Source: Syntrophaceae bacterium (GTDB lineage: Bacteria > Desulfobacterota > Syntrophia > Syntrophales > Smithellaceae). Taken from it: a DNA stretch of 64,000 nucleotides. Numbering within the stretch: the first letter of the stretch is position 1; each line of letters opens with the position of its first letter. The notes under the pieces were generated by a model, which did no database searches, was not told the origin of the DNA, and saw only the letters and a program-made list of their open reading frames with translations. A program made the translations under genes and the position numbers. Below are positions 10,415 to 22,324 of this stretch, piece by piece. The stretch covers positions 11,157 to 75,156 of the forward strand of contig WRPE01000006.1 in assembly GCA_009773315.1 (NCBI GenBank). Direction: 5' to 3'.

Positions 10415-10636
10415 ATCGCCCGGCAAAGACAACAGGATCCATGAAAAGTCGCAGGCGATATCGATCAAACCAGGCAAGAACAATTGCTTGGTAGGTGAGG
10501 CATACAGGCCCTCCCTTCAACCTTCCTTCTCAATCAGGAGCTGGATGGGGGTGATGACGATGCTTTGTGGAACCCCACGGGGGAACGAAGGTTTAACATA
10601 TGCCAAACCATTGGCATAAAGAGAAAGGGAACTAAA

Positions 10637-11005
10637 ATGAACAAGAATTTGTATGTCGGCAACCTGTCTTTCAAGGTCACAGATGAAGATCTGAAGACAA
10701 ACTTTGCGGAAGCGGGCGAAGTCGCCTCCGCGTCCATTATTAAAGACAAATTTACCGGTCAGTCCAAGGGATTTGGGTTTGTCGAAATGAAAACGGAAGA
10801 AGGCGCCACACAGGCCATTCAGAAATTTAACGGCGGCATGCTCGACGGCAAAGCCATCACCGTTAATGAAGCCAGACCGAAGAAAGAATTTGGCGCAGGC
10901 GGCGGTGGAAACCGTGGCGGCGGTGGTGGATATCGTGGCGGCGGCGCTGGCGGAAACCGTGGCGGTGGCGGCGGAAACCGTGGCGGCGGTGGCGGCAGAT
11001 ACTAG
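10637..11005 (+). CDS. RRM-type RNA-binding protein with glycine/arginine-rich tail
   Basis: RNP1/RNP2 motifs are present (LYVGNLSF, KGFGFVEM), with a C-terminal (GGGNRGGGGG)n tail. I chose the start at MNKNLYVGNL (AAAGGGAAC RBS) rather than the track start at 10565. Confidence 0.85.
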   Translation: MNKNLYVGNLSFKVTDEDLKTNFAEAGEVASASIIKDKFTGQSKGFGFVEMKTEEGATQAIQKFNGGMLDGKAITVNEARPKKEFGAGGGGNRGGGGGYRGGGAGGNRGGGGGNRGGGGGRY

Positions 11006-11040
11006 AATTTAACTGAAAAATTGCGTTACTTCTAAAAATA

Positions 11041-11085
11041 AAGAGCAGAAGGTTATTCAAAACAAACCTTCTGCTCTTTTTGTTT
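11041..11085 (+). terminator. Rho-independent terminator (usable in both directions)
   Basis: 14-bp perfect stem AAGAGCAGAAGGTT (11041-11054) / AACCTTCTGCTCTT (11065-11078) followed by a T tract. It lies between two convergent genes. Confidence 0.75.
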
Positions 11086-11123
11086 AAAAAATCAGGTTGT
11101 TCTTCTTCCATCAAAAACTGAAT

Positions 11124-12425
11124 CTATTTGCTCGAATGAATATAGTCTGTAATCTTTGCGGCGATGGTTTTTACGACAAATTCAAATTCATCAACGTCCT
11201 TATCCAGGAGCGTCATACGGAAACCCAACAGTGGCGAGAAAAATGACGTCAGTGGCACTACGCAGATACCTGTGGACGCCAGCAGGTAGTAAACGAAGCG
11301 TTTGTCGTACTCAATGTCTTTGGTGAGACTCTCTATATAACTTCGTACTTCCGGCTGCTCAATCGACAGGAATTGCCGTTCGTTGAGCACCGATTCGTTG
11401 AACAGGACCGTCATATAAAAAGCGCCGTTGGTTTTATTGGCAATCAGAAAAGGAACATCTTTAAAAATGCCGTAGGCAATGTTGGAGAGTTTTTCGTAAT
11501 GCTGCGTGCGCTCCCGCAAATAATTTTTATATTCCGGATGCGTCATGATCCGGGGAATTGCCATTTGCGGCAGCGTGGTGGAGCACACTTCAGACATCTT
11601 CTGATGCAGAATTGTATTGATGAAGCGGGCAAAAATCGGGTCTTTGTCCGCGTTATACACTTCCATCCAGCCGCAGCGCGCGCCGGGCCAGGGAGCTTCT
11701 TTGGAGATGCTCTTCATGGCGATGGCCGGAACATCGCCGATAATATCGCCAATCGGCACAGTCGTTTTGCCGTTATAGACTATGTTGATATAGGTCTCAT
11801 CGGAAATCACAAAAAGATCGTTTTCCCTGGCAATCCGGACGATATTCTGAAGCGCCTCGACCGGATACACAAAACCGGTGGGATTATCAGGATTAATAAT
11901 CAAGATGCCGACAATCGCCTTATGGCTTTTAACTTTCTGCTCCAGTTCACGGAGATCGGGATGCCAGTTGTTGTAAGGATTCATCCGGTATGTATTGGAC
12001 GGAAAAGAAGCATGGAGCACTTCCGCCATAAAATGCGTGGAATACGTCGGCTCCGGCATGATCATGCGGGCATCCACCTGAATGGAACTATAGGCGCGGG
12101 CAATCGCGTCACCCAGACCGTTGAAAAAAATGACATCCTCGGGCGTAATCTGAGCTTTGCCGCGTGAATTAACGCGGTCAGCAATGAATGTACGCGTGGC
12201 ATCCATCCCCTTGGTGGGTGAATAAGCATAAGAGGCGTCTTCCTTAATAATATCGATGAGAACCTCTTTCATCCAATCGGGGATCTTTTCACCTTTTTGT
12301 ACCGGATCGCCAATATTTTCCCAGATAATTTTCGCGCCGTATTCCTGAAGTTTTTTGGCGATAAGCACGATGTTACGGATTTCATAAGTCAGCCCGCTGC
12401 CGCCGCGGGAAATTTCAAAACGCAT
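11124..12425 (-). CDS. Class I/II PLP-dependent aminotransferase
   Basis: 433-aa ORF with a PLP-lysine region (SISKEAPWPGARCGW) and the NPDNPTG motif. Confidence 0.85.
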   Translation of the reverse strand: MRFEISRGGSGLTYEIRNIVLIAKKLQEYGAKIIWENIGDPVQKGEKIPDWMKEVLIDIIKEDASYAYSPTKGMDATRTFIADRVNSRGKAQITPEDVIFFNGLGDAIARAYSSIQVDARMIMPEPTYSTHFMAEVLHASFPSNTYRMNPYNNWHPDLRELEQKVKSHKAIVGILIINPDNPTGFVYPVEALQNIVRIARENDLFVISDETYINIVYNGKTTVPIGDIIGDVPAIAMKSISKEAPWPGARCGWMEVYNADKDPIFARFINTILHQKMSEVCSTTLPQMAIPRIMTHPEYKNYLRERTQHYEKLSNIAYGIFKDVPFLIANKTNGAFYMTVLFNESVLNERQFLSIEQPEVRSYIESLTKDIEYDKRFVYYLLASTGICVVPLTSFFSPLLGFRMTLLDKDVDEFEFVVKTIAAKITDYIHSSK

Positions 12426-12599
12426 AAGTTGTCAAACTCCTTAGATATTTTTATAGTGATTCATAATACATATTTTAAAATTTATCCAGAGTTTTTTGAG
12501 TTTCACGCTATTTGCGAGCATGGCAATAACTTTATGAGGGACAAAAAAACCTTTTCGTGATATTTGATGCAGATAATAAAAAACAAAAGGACATAGATT

Positions 12600-13772
12600 A
12601 TGGACGACACAAAGACTTTTGCCGAAATGTTCGAGGAATCCTACGCCACCCCCAAGCGTTTTTCCGTGGGGGAAAAAGTAGAAGCGACGATTGTAAAAAT
12701 TTCTCCGGAATGGATTTTTATTGATCTGGGCGCCAAAAGCGAAGGCTATATTGACAAAAAAGAATTCCTTGATGACGCGGGCAACCTGACCGTTAAAGAA
12801 GGCGACACCGTCACCGTCTACTTCCTTTCGTCGCGTCACAGCGAAAGACTCTTTACCACCAAACTGCTGGCACGCAAAAGCGTGGATGAATTTTTAGTCA
12901 ACGCCTATCAAAATGAGATTCCTCTCGAAGCCACTGTCGAAAAAGAAATTAAAGGCGGTTTCTCCGTAAAAATCAGCGCCAGCGCGAGCGGCTTTTGTCC
13001 CTACTCGCAAATGGACAGAAAAAGAATCGATAATGCCGTAGATTACGTCGGGAAAAAATTCGATTTCATTGTCATAGAATATGGAGAAAACGGCCGCAAA
13101 ATCGTCCTGTCGCGCCGCCCATTGCTTGAAAAAATTGACGAGGAGAAAAAATCCGCGCTGAAAGACTCCCTGCAAAAGGGCATGACGGTGCAAGGCATCG
13201 TAACCTCCGTGCGCGACTTCGGCGCGTTTGTTGATATCGGCGGCGTGCAGGCGCTTCTGCCCGTTTCGGAAATGACCTGGGGCAGAGTGGAAGACACCCG
13301 ATCTCTCTATCAGCCGGGCGACACCCTTGAAGCCGTTATCATCAACCTGGATTGGGAAAACGACCGCGTGACTTTATCCTTCAAGGATACGCTCCCCGAT
13401 CCTTGGAATGAAGTTGTCCGCAAATACATCGAAGGCAGCATCCACAAGGGCAAGGTATCGCGACTGACGGATTTCGGCGCGTTTATCACGCTGGAAGCGG
13501 GCGTGGATGGGCTTTTGCATATCTCCAAACTGGGCAAAGGGAAAAAGATCAAACACGCCCAGGACGTCCTGTCCAAGGATCGCGAAATCGACGTGAAGAT
13601 CGAAAAGATTGACCGCGAGAATAAGAGAATATCGCTGGATCTGGCTGCAAGCAGTGAGGAGAAAAAAGGCTCGCCGGAAGAAAAAGACGACTATCAGAGC
13701 TATATGCCCAAAGCGCCTAAAACAATGGGCACGTTCGGTGATCTGCTGAACAAGGCTAAAAAGAAGAAATAA
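12600..13772 (+). CDS. S1 RNA-binding domain protein (four S1 repeats, shorter than canonical RpsA)
   Basis: 390-aa ORF with a repeated S1 pattern (G..V.G.V....DFGAFVDIGG..GLLH.S). Confidence 0.8.
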   Translation: MDDTKTFAEMFEESYATPKRFSVGEKVEATIVKISPEWIFIDLGAKSEGYIDKKEFLDDAGNLTVKEGDTVTVYFLSSRHSERLFTTKLLARKSVDEFLVNAYQNEIPLEATVEKEIKGGFSVKISASASGFCPYSQMDRKRIDNAVDYVGKKFDFIVIEYGENGRKIVLSRRPLLEKIDEEKKSALKDSLQKGMTVQGIVTSVRDFGAFVDIGGVQALLPVSEMTWGRVEDTRSLYQPGDTLEAVIINLDWENDRVTLSFKDTLPDPWNEVVRKYIEGSIHKGKVSRLTDFGAFITLEAGVDGLLHISKLGKGKKIKHAQDVLSKDREIDVKIEKIDRENKRISLDLAASSEEKKGSPEEKDDYQSYMPKAPKTMGTFGDLLNKAKKKK

Positions 13773-13795
13773 AGAAGTGACGGTATAAAAAAATT

Positions 13796-14428
13796 ATGGG
13801 TTTAATCCGTTTGTTGATGAGCGATCCGGCGGCCTTTGTCATGCTGGCCGTGTTGCTTTTATATTCCGTGATTTTACACGAGCTGGCGCATGGCTGGGTA
13901 GCCTACCGGATGGGCGACGCAACGGCTAAATGGCTGGGCAGACTGACGCTCAATCCGATCAAGCACCTTGATCCCATCGGCTCGCTGATGCTTTTAATTG
14001 TCGGTTTCGGCTGGGCCAAACCGGTCCCGATCAATCTGGAAAATATTCCCGCGCCGCAAAGACGCAAGGGATTGATCCTGGTTTCCGCCGCCGGCGTTGC
14101 GGCCAATATCCTTATCGCTTTTTGCGCACTGCTTTTATGGCGGCTGATTTCTCCTGAACCGGGCAGTATGCTTTATCAGGTGCTTTATTTACTGTCGCAT
14201 ATCAACATCATGCTGGCGGCATTCAATTTAATCCCTATTCCGCCGCTGGACGGCTCAAAAATTCTGATGGGTTTCACGCCGGAATCATTCAACCGCGTGC
14301 TTTATCAGATCGAACCATTCGGTTTTTTTATTGTTCTGGGCCTGCTGTTTCTGGGAGCGCTCAATCCGGTGATTGATATATTCCAATACGGCATTATAAC
14401 TTTTATATCTTTATTTTTACCTGCATAA
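13796..14428 (+). CDS. Site-2 protease family (M50) membrane metalloprotease
   Basis: 210-aa hydrophobic ORF with HELAHG (HExxH) and a distal NLIPIPPLDG motif. Confidence 0.8.
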   Translation: MGLIRLLMSDPAAFVMLAVLLLYSVILHELAHGWVAYRMGDATAKWLGRLTLNPIKHLDPIGSLMLLIVGFGWAKPVPINLENIPAPQRRKGLILVSAAGVAANILIAFCALLLWRLISPEPGSMLYQVLYLLSHINIMLAAFNLIPIPPLDGSKILMGFTPESFNRVLYQIEPFGFFIVLGLLFLGALNPVIDIFQYGIITFISLFLPA

Positions 14429-14450
14429 GCGAAAGAAAGGAGGAAATACC

Positions 14451-15029
14451 ATGATGACTTTTCCCGAGTTATTACAGAAAAGACGGGCAATCCGAGATTT
14501 CGAAGAAAAAGAGGTCCCCCTCAAGATTGTTGATGAAATCCTTCAGGAATCGACGCTCGCGCCGTCCGCCAGCAACAATCAACCCTGCCGTTTTGTCGTG
14601 GTCCACTGCCGCAAAATAATCAAGGCCCTGTCTGACGACAGCAAGGCCAATCTCCTGCAGGATAATGCCGACAAAAAGATCAAACTCAATCCCGACTATG
14701 TTACGTTTCTTCAAAACGAGAATTTCAATGTGTTTTACAATGCGCCCTGCGTCATTTATATCGTCGGGGCAAAGTCGGTGGGTTCGCTGGATGTGGACGG
14801 TGCGCTTGCCGCAAGCTACATCATGTTTTCTGCGGCAACCCGGGGCTTGGGCACCTGCTGGGTTGCCCTGGGCGCAAATATCCGCGATTCCAAATTGAGA
14901 GCCGAACTGGGCATTCCCGACAACTACCGGATCGTCGCGCCGATTATTGTGGGCTATCCCAAGGCCATTCCCGCGCCGTCTGAACGGCACGCGCCGGATA
15001 TTCTTCGCGTGATCACTGAAGCGCGTTGA
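14451..15029 (+). CDS. Nitroreductase family protein
   Basis: 192-aa ORF with the N-terminal RRAIRDF motif and PSASNNQP, typical of the FMN nitroreductase fold. Confidence 0.8.
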   Translation: MMTFPELLQKRRAIRDFEEKEVPLKIVDEILQESTLAPSASNNQPCRFVVVHCRKIIKALSDDSKANLLQDNADKKIKLNPDYVTFLQNENFNVFYNAPCVIYIVGAKSVGSLDVDGALAASYIMFSAATRGLGTCWVALGANIRDSKLRAELGIPDNYRIVAPIIVGYPKAIPAPSERHAPDILRVITEAR

Positions 15030-15036
15030 TGACGGT

Positions 15037-16731
15037 CTAAAGATTGGCAGCCAGAGTTCTTAATCCGGCGGCAGCATTTTTTTTCCAGTGGATGCGGATA
15101 ATCTTGCGGCCTTTATCCGTGAGCGCAAGCCTGTCCGCTTCGGCCTGCGAGGCCTTGAGCTGCCCGAAGGTCAGCGACGAGTCTGATTTGCCAAGAGCAT
15201 CGGGAATCTCAATATCCCTTTTGTTTCTGCCGGTCAGCTGAATAAACAGGCCGCGGCCGGCATCCCCTTTATGTAACTGGCCTACCGAATGCAGGTAGCG
15301 GGGTCCGTAGCCAACCGTTACGGCTATCCCATATTTACGAGAAATCGCGGCCCGCAACTCTCCCAGCGCTTTGTCGATCTGCGTTGACGGACTTAAATAA
15401 ACCTGCAACCCCACATAAGCATTTGCCGCCGCGGGCGCTAGAAATTGTGTCAGCGCTTCGGAAACGGTCGTCCCGGCAATATCGCCGTAAACATAACAGT
15501 CGCCGAAAGTCTGCGCGGGCTGCATCTTTGACCACGCCTCATTGTTTTTGAGTTCCGCAATCATCCGGTTCGTGTGCTTTTTGGTCGCTTCGACATCCGG
15601 TTGATCAAATGGGTTGATTCCCATGAGATGAGCAGCGACAACCGTCGCCATTTCCCACAGAAACATTTGACCGCCCAGATCATAGACATCGTTAATCCGA
15701 ATTTTCAAGATGGGGTGCCCGGCGCTCGCCAGTTGGGTTATCCGTGAATTCCATTCGTCCCGGTCATGATGAAAAATGACAAAAACCCGGTCTTTCCCGT
15801 AAGCGCTCACGTCCATCTGCGGTTCGTTCAATACCGGCAGAATTCCCTTGCCCTCTTTGCCGGTGCTCTCTGCAATTAGTTGTTCCAGCCAATCACCAAA
15901 AGAGCTCCAGGACGGCGGAAGCATCAACGTGAGCTTGTCGCGGCCATACTGCGCCAGTATTCCCAAAGCGGCGCCTAAAAGACATCCGGTGGAATCGCCT
16001 TTACCGGAAAAGAAATCCGTTTTTTCCTGCCTGGCTGCCGCCGTTGCGCTTTGCAACAGTTTTTCGATCTGCACGCCGATTAATGCCGCGGGTATCATTC
16101 CCACAAGGGAAAGCGCCGAATAGCGGCCGCCGATATTGGGATTATTGGAAAAAATATATGGAAGCTGCAATTGCCAGGCCTGCTCAAGCATCGGACTGCC
16201 TTCATCGGTAATGAACATAAAATGCTCGTTGGCCAAAACACCATGCTTTTCGTCGGTTAAGTTGTAAAAATAATTAAAGAGCGAGATGATTTCCAGAGTC
16301 GATCCCGACTTTGAAGAAACAATAAAAAGCGTTTTCTCCAGGTTGAGTTTTTCAGCCACGCTGAGGATAGTCACCGGATCGGTTGTATCCAGAACTTGCA
16401 GCTTCGGAAATCCCGGCGCGCTTCCGAACATGTTGTTGAAAACTTCCGCCGACAGACTCGATCCGCCCATGCCCAGCAGGACAACATCTTCAATGCGGCC
16501 GTTGGTGAAAGGCGCAAGCGAGACCCGGATTCTGCCGGCGTTTGCGGACGTTTCCACAGGGGCATGCAACCAGCCCAGCCGATTGGAAATTTCCTCAGGC
16601 GCCGGTTTCCAGACGCGGAAATCGTTGGCCCAGATGCGCGCAACAATATTGCTGCGGCGCATTTTCTCCAATGCATTGGTTACGGCGCTCTGATAGGGAC
16701 CGAGTAAAAAAGAAACACCTGTCTTCTGCAT
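15037..16731 (-). CDS. pgi: Glucose-6-phosphate isomerase
   Basis: 564-aa ORF with SIS/PGI motifs (GMGGSSL, SKSGSTLE, GGRYSALS). Confidence 0.8.
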   Translation of the reverse strand: MQKTGVSFLLGPYQSAVTNALEKMRRSNIVARIWANDFRVWKPAPEEISNRLGWLHAPVETSANAGRIRVSLAPFTNGRIEDVVLLGMGGSSLSAEVFNNMFGSAPGFPKLQVLDTTDPVTILSVAEKLNLEKTLFIVSSKSGSTLEIISLFNYFYNLTDEKHGVLANEHFMFITDEGSPMLEQAWQLQLPYIFSNNPNIGGRYSALSLVGMIPAALIGVQIEKLLQSATAAARQEKTDFFSGKGDSTGCLLGAALGILAQYGRDKLTLMLPPSWSSFGDWLEQLIAESTGKEGKGILPVLNEPQMDVSAYGKDRVFVIFHHDRDEWNSRITQLASAGHPILKIRINDVYDLGGQMFLWEMATVVAAHLMGINPFDQPDVEATKKHTNRMIAELKNNEAWSKMQPAQTFGDCYVYGDIAGTTVSEALTQFLAPAAANAYVGLQVYLSPSTQIDKALGELRAAISRKYGIAVTVGYGPRYLHSVGQLHKGDAGRGLFIQLTGRNKRDIEIPDALGKSDSSLTFGQLKASQAEADRLALTDKGRKIIRIHWKKNAAAGLRTLAANL

Positions 16732-16746
16732 GACATTTCTCCTTCG

Positions 16747-18804
16747 TTAATGAATGGACAGCATTTCTTTGGCCACCGCAAAAATATTAGCAGACGTGAA
16801 GCCGAATTTTTCATAAAGCACCGGCCCGGGCGCGGACGCGCCGAAGGTTTCCATGCCGATAATTTTCCCCGTCAGTCCCACATAATGTTCCCAGCCAAGC
16901 TTGATGCCGGCTTCCACGGCAAGGCGAGCGGTTACTTGCGGAGGCAATACGGAATCGCGATACTCCTGCGGCTGGCGGTCAAATATTTCCCAACTGGGAA
17001 GCGAGACCACTCGAACCTTAGCACCTTCTTCGGCAAGTTTACGGGCGGCCCAAAGCGTCATCGCGACCTCCGAACCGGTGGCAATCAAAATCAATTCCGG
17101 ATTCGGCGATGATTCCCATAGGACGTAACCGCCCTGACGCACGCCGGTGGCGGAAGCACAGACCTGCCGATCCAGCACCGGTAAGTTCTGACGGCTGAAA
17201 AGCAGCGTGGTGGGACCGGTGGCATTGGTTAAGGCTATACGCCAGGCTTCGAGTGTTTCATTGGCATCCGCCGGACGCAGCACAGTCATATTGGGCACTT
17301 GCCGCAAATTCATGATCTGTTCAATGGGTTGATGCGTCGGACCGTCTTCTCCCACGCCAATGCTATCATGCGTGAAAACAAAAATGGCGCGCAAACCCAT
17401 CAGGGCCGCCAGCCGCATGGGCGGGCGCATGTAGTCGGCAAAAGTTAAAAAGGTTGCCGTGTAAGGAATCACACCGCCGTGCAGCGCCAAACCCACGGCA
17501 ATGGCTCCCATCGCGTGCTCGCGCACGCCGAAGTGGATGTTACGTCCCGTGTAATCCCATGCCTCGCCCACCATGCCGTGCAGACCTTCGCTGGACAAAG
17601 CCTCACTTTGGAAATCACCCAGACCTTTGAGCCAGGTAAATGTTGAGGGATTGAGATCCGCCGAACCTCCGGCCAATTCCGGGACTTTGGCCGCAATGGC
17701 CTGTATGACGATTTCAGAAGCTTTGCGTGTGGCGACATCTTTGGAATCGGCGGGAAATTCGGCAAGAGCCGCGTCCCAATCGGCGGGAAGTTCGCCTGCG
17801 AGCGTTCTTTCCAGTTGGGTGGCCAGAAGCGCGTCTCTTTGCCGGTAAGCCAAAAGTGTCGAAAGCCACAGCTTTTCGCTTCTCCTGCCGCGGGAAACAG
17901 CCTTGCGGAAATATTTGCAAACATCGTCGGAAACATAGAAGGGTTCTTCGGTCGGCCAGGCGCACGTGTCTTTCGCGCCCTGCAGTTCCTTTTCTCCCAG
18001 CGGCGAGCCATGTGCATCGCAGGAGCCTTGTTTGCCGGGCGCGCCGTAACCGATGGTCGTCTGCACACAAATCAGCGAGGGCTTGCCGGTTTCTTTTTTA
18101 GCTTTTTTAATGGCCCGGTCGATGGCGCCCACATCGTTTCCGTCTTGAACTTTTTGCACCTGCCAGCCGTAAGACTTGAAGCGCATTTCGATATTTTCGG
18201 TAAGAGATAATCCCGCAGAACCGGCGAGAGTGACTTTATTGTCGTCATAGAGAACGATGAGCTTTCCCAGACGCAGATGACCGGCCAAAGCGCAGGATTC
18301 CGCCACGACCCCTTCCATCATGTCTCCGTCTCCGGCCATAACATATGTGTAATGGTCAACGATGGGTTGTCCTTCGCTGTTGAACCGCGCCGCCAGATGC
18401 GCCTCAGCAATAGCCATGCCGACAGCGTTAGCCAGTCCCTGTCCCAAAGGCCCGGTGGTCACTTCCACACCCGCCGTATGTTTGTATTCAGGATGTCCCG
18501 GCGTGCGGCTGCCCCACTGGCGGAAATTTTTAATATCGTCGAGCGACAGATCATAGCCGGTCAAATGCAGGAGAGCGTATAAAAGCATCGAGGCGTGACC
18601 CGATGACAGAACAAAGCGGTCGCGATCCGGCCACTCAGGATTTTTAGGATTATGTTTGAGGTGTTTTGTCCATAAAGTAAAAGCTGCTGCCGCCGCGCCC
18701 AAGGGCATGCCCGGATGGCCGGATTTGGCTTTTTCAATGGCGTCGGCAGCGAGAAATCGGATGGTATTAATGCACTTTTTCTCTACTTCATTTTTGCTTG
18801 ACAT
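16747..18804 (-). CDS. tkt: Transketolase
   Basis: 685-aa ORF with ThDP motifs ([29 protein letters not shown]). Confidence 0.92.
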   Translation of the reverse strand: MSSKNEVEKKCINTIRFLAADAIEKAKSGHPGMPLGAAAAAFTLWTKHLKHNPKNPEWPDRDRFVLSSGHASMLLYALLHLTGYDLSLDDIKNFRQWGSRTPGHPEYKHTAGVEVTTGPLGQGLANAVGMAIAEAHLAARFNSEGQPIVDHYTYVMAGDGDMMEGVVAESCALAGHLRLGKLIVLYDDNKVTLAGSAGLSLTENIEMRFKSYGWQVQKVQDGNDVGAIDRAIKKAKKETGKPSLICVQTTIGYGAPGKQGSCDAHGSPLGEKELQGAKDTCAWPTEEPFYVSDDVCKYFRKAVSRGRRSEKLWLSTLLAYRQRDALLATQLERTLAGELPADWDAALAEFPADSKDVATRKASEIVIQAIAAKVPELAGGSADLNPSTFTWLKGLGDFQSEALSSEGLHGMVGEAWDYTGRNIHFGVREHAMGAIAVGLALHGGVIPYTATFLTFADYMRPPMRLAALMGLRAIFVFTHDSIGVGEDGPTHQPIEQIMNLRQVPNMTVLRPADANETLEAWRIALTNATGPTTLLFSRQNLPVLDRQVCASATGVRQGGYVLWESSPNPELILIATGSEVAMTLWAARKLAEEGAKVRVVSLPSWEIFDRQPQEYRDSVLPPQVTARLAVEAGIKLGWEHYVGLTGKIIGMETFGASAPGPVLYEKFGFTSANIFAVAKEMLSIH

Positions 18805-18984
18805 ATTTTCTCCTTAAAAAGAAAGATTGTTCATTCATACCAATTCGCTTTCTGTGGCTAACTCTGTTGGCAGTGTCGACTGCTTTCGAAATGTATGTAA
18901 AATAAGCCTCGTTGCCTCTTCCTTTTTGCAACCTCACTATCCTTTGAAAGTGAAATGGTATAAAATAAACAGTCAATTATTGCA

Positions 18985-19431
18985 TTAAAAATTTATTATT
19001 TTCAGAGTAAGAAGTCCCCATACAAAATATCTGAGAAATTTACCGGCAAACATAAATATTATAACCTTCATTACCGGAGCTCTCATAAATCCAAGGGCTA
19101 CGGCCAGCGGATCACCAATTACAGGGAGCCAGCATAAAAGAGAGGCAATGGCTATATGGTCTTTAATTTTTGAATGGAGAGATTTCACTTTTTCCATTCT
19201 GATATTCATGTACTTTTCAAGCCAATCCCATTTTACCAGAAAGCCGAGAAGATAACTGCTCATACCCCCCAGAGTATTGCCTGCCGATGCAGAGAGCAGG
19301 CAGAGTGTAAAATCATAATCCCCGTAGAGCATGGTACTGAACAGAACCTCTGAACTGAACGGGAACACAGTTGCAGCAAAAAATGCTGCCAAAAAGAGTC
19401 CGATATAACCAGGATCAAGTAATTCTGTCAT
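18985..19431 (-). CDS. YqaA/DedA-related small membrane protein
   Basis: 148-aa ORF with four predicted TM segments. The N-terminus (GLFLAAFFAATVFPFSSEV) resembles COG1238-type proteins. Confidence 0.6.
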   Translation of the reverse strand: MTELLDPGYIGLFLAAFFAATVFPFSSEVLFSTMLYGDYDFTLCLLSASAGNTLGGMSSYLLGFLVKWDWLEKYMNIRMEKVKSLHSKIKDHIAIASLLCWLPVIGDPLAVALGFMRAPVMKVIIFMFAGKFLRYFVWGLLTLKIINF

Positions 19432-19611
19432 TTGTCAGACCATCGGATTTTTTAATCAAAGCCCTATCGATGCAATTCTTCATAAAACTTTCTGCTGACA
19501 GGACAGGTAGAATTTTTATCCATTTAACGTATGCTCAAGAAGTCAATCTATTGCGGCCGCGGCGATTGCTGCCAGTATGACTGCAACGATTTATAAGTCT
19601 GCTCCATGCGC

Positions 19612-22293
19612 TTATTTCCCCCTCGTAATTCGACGCTTGATCAACTTTACCGCTTCAGTAAATACGAGGAGTGTCAGCGGCAGCAGCGTCACCAGCAGCC
19701 AGTCAAAATTTACAAGAGATGTCAGGCCAAATGCGACCTGCAGTATCGGCAGATGAATCATACCCATAACCATTATTATTGTAACGAGTACACTAGTCAC
19801 AAGCGCAAGATTGGAAAACGGATGCATAATGAAAACGCTCTGATGCAACGAGCGACAGGCAAACCCGTTTACCAGTCGCGCAAACACCAGGGCGGTGAAA
19901 AACATCGTTCCGGCCCTTAGATCACTCGCTCCGGTATGCAGCGCATATACATAAACCGTTGTTGTCAGGAGGGCAATCCATACCCCGGCGAGGAAAATTT
20001 CTGACAATGCAGAAGTATTTAATATGCCTTCTTTAACCGCACGCGGTTTCTTGTCCATGATTCCCGGCTCCGGTGCTTCAACACCAAGAGCAATGGCCAC
20101 CAGTCCATCCATGACAAAATTGATAAACAATATCTGCACTGCAGTCAGCGGCAGGGGAAGTCCCGCAACCATTGCGATTATGATGCCAATCACCGTCCCC
20201 GTATTTCCGCTGAGCAGATACACCAAATATTTTCTGATATTCTCAAATATCGTACGCCCCTCTTCCACGGCCGAAACGATCGAAGCAAAATTATCATCCG
20301 TGAGAATCATGTCGCTTGCTTCCTTGCTTACGTCCGTTCCGGTGATTCCCATTGCGATGCCGATATTGGCTTTCTTGAGCGTCGGTGCGTCATTAACGCC
20401 GTCACCGGTCATTGCTACAATGTTGCCCTGCGCCATCAACGCTTCAACGATGCGGTACTTGTGCGCCGGTGAAATGCGGGCAAAAACGTTTGCCTCGTTG
20501 ACAACGCGGTTGAAGGTCTCATCATTCATCTGTTCGATTTCTTCACCGGAATAGGCGCTGCCGTCTTTCAATATGCCAATCTCCCGCGCAATAGCTACGG
20601 CGGTAATTTTATGATCGCCCGTAATCATTACCGGACGGATGCCGGCGCTTTCACAGCGACGGATCGCTGCAAAGACCTCGGCGCGAGGCGGATCGATCAT
20701 ACCCACAAATCCGACAAGTATCATCCCCTCTTCCGGCTGCGCTTTCGTAAAAGATTCTAACTTCTTATAAGCAAATCCGATTATGCGGAGCGACTCTTCG
20801 GCAAATTGCCTGATCACGTTTTGTAAATGCATCCTTGTTTCATCGGTGATCGCAATGATGCCCTGCGCTGTCATGATTTGCGTTGAACAACCAAGCATTA
20901 CTTCTCCGGCGCCCTTGCTGTAAGCAAAAGTTTCTTTATTAATTGAGTGGTAGGTGGTCATGCGTTTTTTTTCCGAGGTAAACGGATCCTCGGCTATACG
21001 TAGGATATGGCCCCGCTGCGCATCGCTGTTCAAACCGACTTTTGCAGCCAGCACCACCAGCGCACCTTCGGTAGGATCACCGGTAATCACCCACTTGTCT
21101 TTTTTAATCAGATGTGAGTCGTTGCACAGCGAACCAATCTGTATGAGTTGCGCAAGGGCAACATTGTTGTTGTCATATACCAATCCGTCGTACTTCAGTT
21201 CACCAACCGGCTCATATCCGGCTCCGGCAACGGACACGATTTTGTTGTCAACATAGATACGGCGCACCGTCATCTGATCTTCGGTGAGCGTGCCGGTTTT
21301 GTCACTGCAAATGATATTAACAGCACCGAGCGTTTCCACCGCAGGCAGTTTGCGAACCAAGGCACGGCGTTTCACCATACGGCGCACCCCCAGCGCCAGA
21401 GAAATGGTTACCACCGCCGGCAACGCCTCCGGAATGACGGCCACCGCCAGGGCAACGCCCCAGATAAACATCTTTACCAACTCGTATCCTTTTAATATTC
21501 CAGCGGCGCTCATCATAACGGCAACCACCAGAGCAAAGATGCCGATCCGGCTGCCCAGTGTATCGAGATTCTTCTGCAAAGGGGTTTTCTTCTCCGGTTC
21601 CTTCTTCAGCATCTCGGCAATTTTGCCGAATTCAGTGTGCGAACCGGTTGCGCAAATCAGCGCTTTACCACGTCCGTTGGACACGGCGGTTCCTGCATAA
21701 ACCATATTGAGGCAGTCACCCACCGCACAATTTTCAGGAAAGGTCATCCCGGCATTTTTAACAACGCCCTGCGATTCACCCGTAAGCACCGCCTCCTCCA
21801 GCGTAAGGTTGGCCGCTTCGATCAAACGGGCATCCGCCGGAATCGTGTCGCCCATCTTGAGTACCACAACATCCCCAGGCGCCAGCAACCGTGCTTCAAT
21901 CAAGTGCTCCACGCCGTTGCGCAGGACCAGCGCCTTGTGTGCCGCCATCTTCTTGAGTGATTCAATTGCCTTCTGCGCCTGATATTCCTGTACAAAACCC
22001 AATACCCCGGCCAAGAGTACAATGACAACAATCGATATAGCTTCGATGATATCGCCCATCAAAGCCGAGATGATTGCCGCAATGATCAGAATCATAATCA
22101 GCAAATTAGCAAACTGCCCTAGTAGCTTCTTCCATGCCGGATCTTTTTTCGTTTCGGTAATTTCATTGAATCCAAAGGTGTCAATTCGTTCGTTGGATTT
22201 TTCCTCCGACAATCCTGTCTCTGTTGAATCCAACCGGGCAAACGCTTCGCGGACACTAAAACTATGAAATTTTATATTGCTGATTTCCTGCAT
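19612..22293 (-). CDS. P-type ATPase, Ca2+/cation-transporting (type IIA-like)
   Basis: 893-aa ORF with the phosphorylation motif CSDKTGTLT, plus [13 protein letters not shown] and MITGD. Confidence 0.9.
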   Translation of the reverse strand: MQEISNIKFHSFSVREAFARLDSTETGLSEEKSNERIDTFGFNEITETKKDPAWKKLLGQFANLLIMILIIAAIISALMGDIIEAISIVVIVLLAGVLGFVQEYQAQKAIESLKKMAAHKALVLRNGVEHLIEARLLAPGDVVVLKMGDTIPADARLIEAANLTLEEAVLTGESQGVVKNAGMTFPENCAVGDCLNMVYAGTAVSNGRGKALICATGSHTEFGKIAEMLKKEPEKKTPLQKNLDTLGSRIGIFALVVAVMMSAAGILKGYELVKMFIWGVALAVAVIPEALPAVVTISLALGVRRMVKRRALVRKLPAVETLGAVNIICSDKTGTLTEDQMTVRRIYVDNKIVSVAGAGYEPVGELKYDGLVYDNNNVALAQLIQIGSLCNDSHLIKKDKWVITGDPTEGALVVLAAKVGLNSDAQRGHILRIAEDPFTSEKKRMTTYHSINKETFAYSKGAGEVMLGCSTQIMTAQGIIAITDETRMHLQNVIRQFAEESLRIIGFAYKKLESFTKAQPEEGMILVGFVGMIDPPRAEVFAAIRRCESAGIRPVMITGDHKITAVAIAREIGILKDGSAYSGEEIEQMNDETFNRVVNEANVFARISPAHKYRIVEALMAQGNIVAMTGDGVNDAPTLKKANIGIAMGITGTDVSKEASDMILTDDNFASIVSAVEEGRTIFENIRKYLVYLLSGNTGTVIGIIIAMVAGLPLPLTAVQILFINFVMDGLVAIALGVEAPEPGIMDKKPRAVKEGILNTSALSEIFLAGVWIALLTTTVYVYALHTGASDLRAGTMFFTALVFARLVNGFACRSLHQSVFIMHPFSNLALVTSVLVTIIMVMGMIHLPILQVAFGLTSLVNFDWLLVTLLPLTLLVFTEAVKLIKRRITRGK

Positions 22294-22324
22294 GTAGGCT
22301 CCTGATCAATTGTATTGGTCTACG

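Noticed and set aside
10890-11000. Tandem GGCGGTGGAAACCGTGGCGGC repeats
   Set aside because: This is the coding sequence for the RGG/Gly-rich tail of the RRM protein. It is not a CRISPR array or a non-coding satellite.
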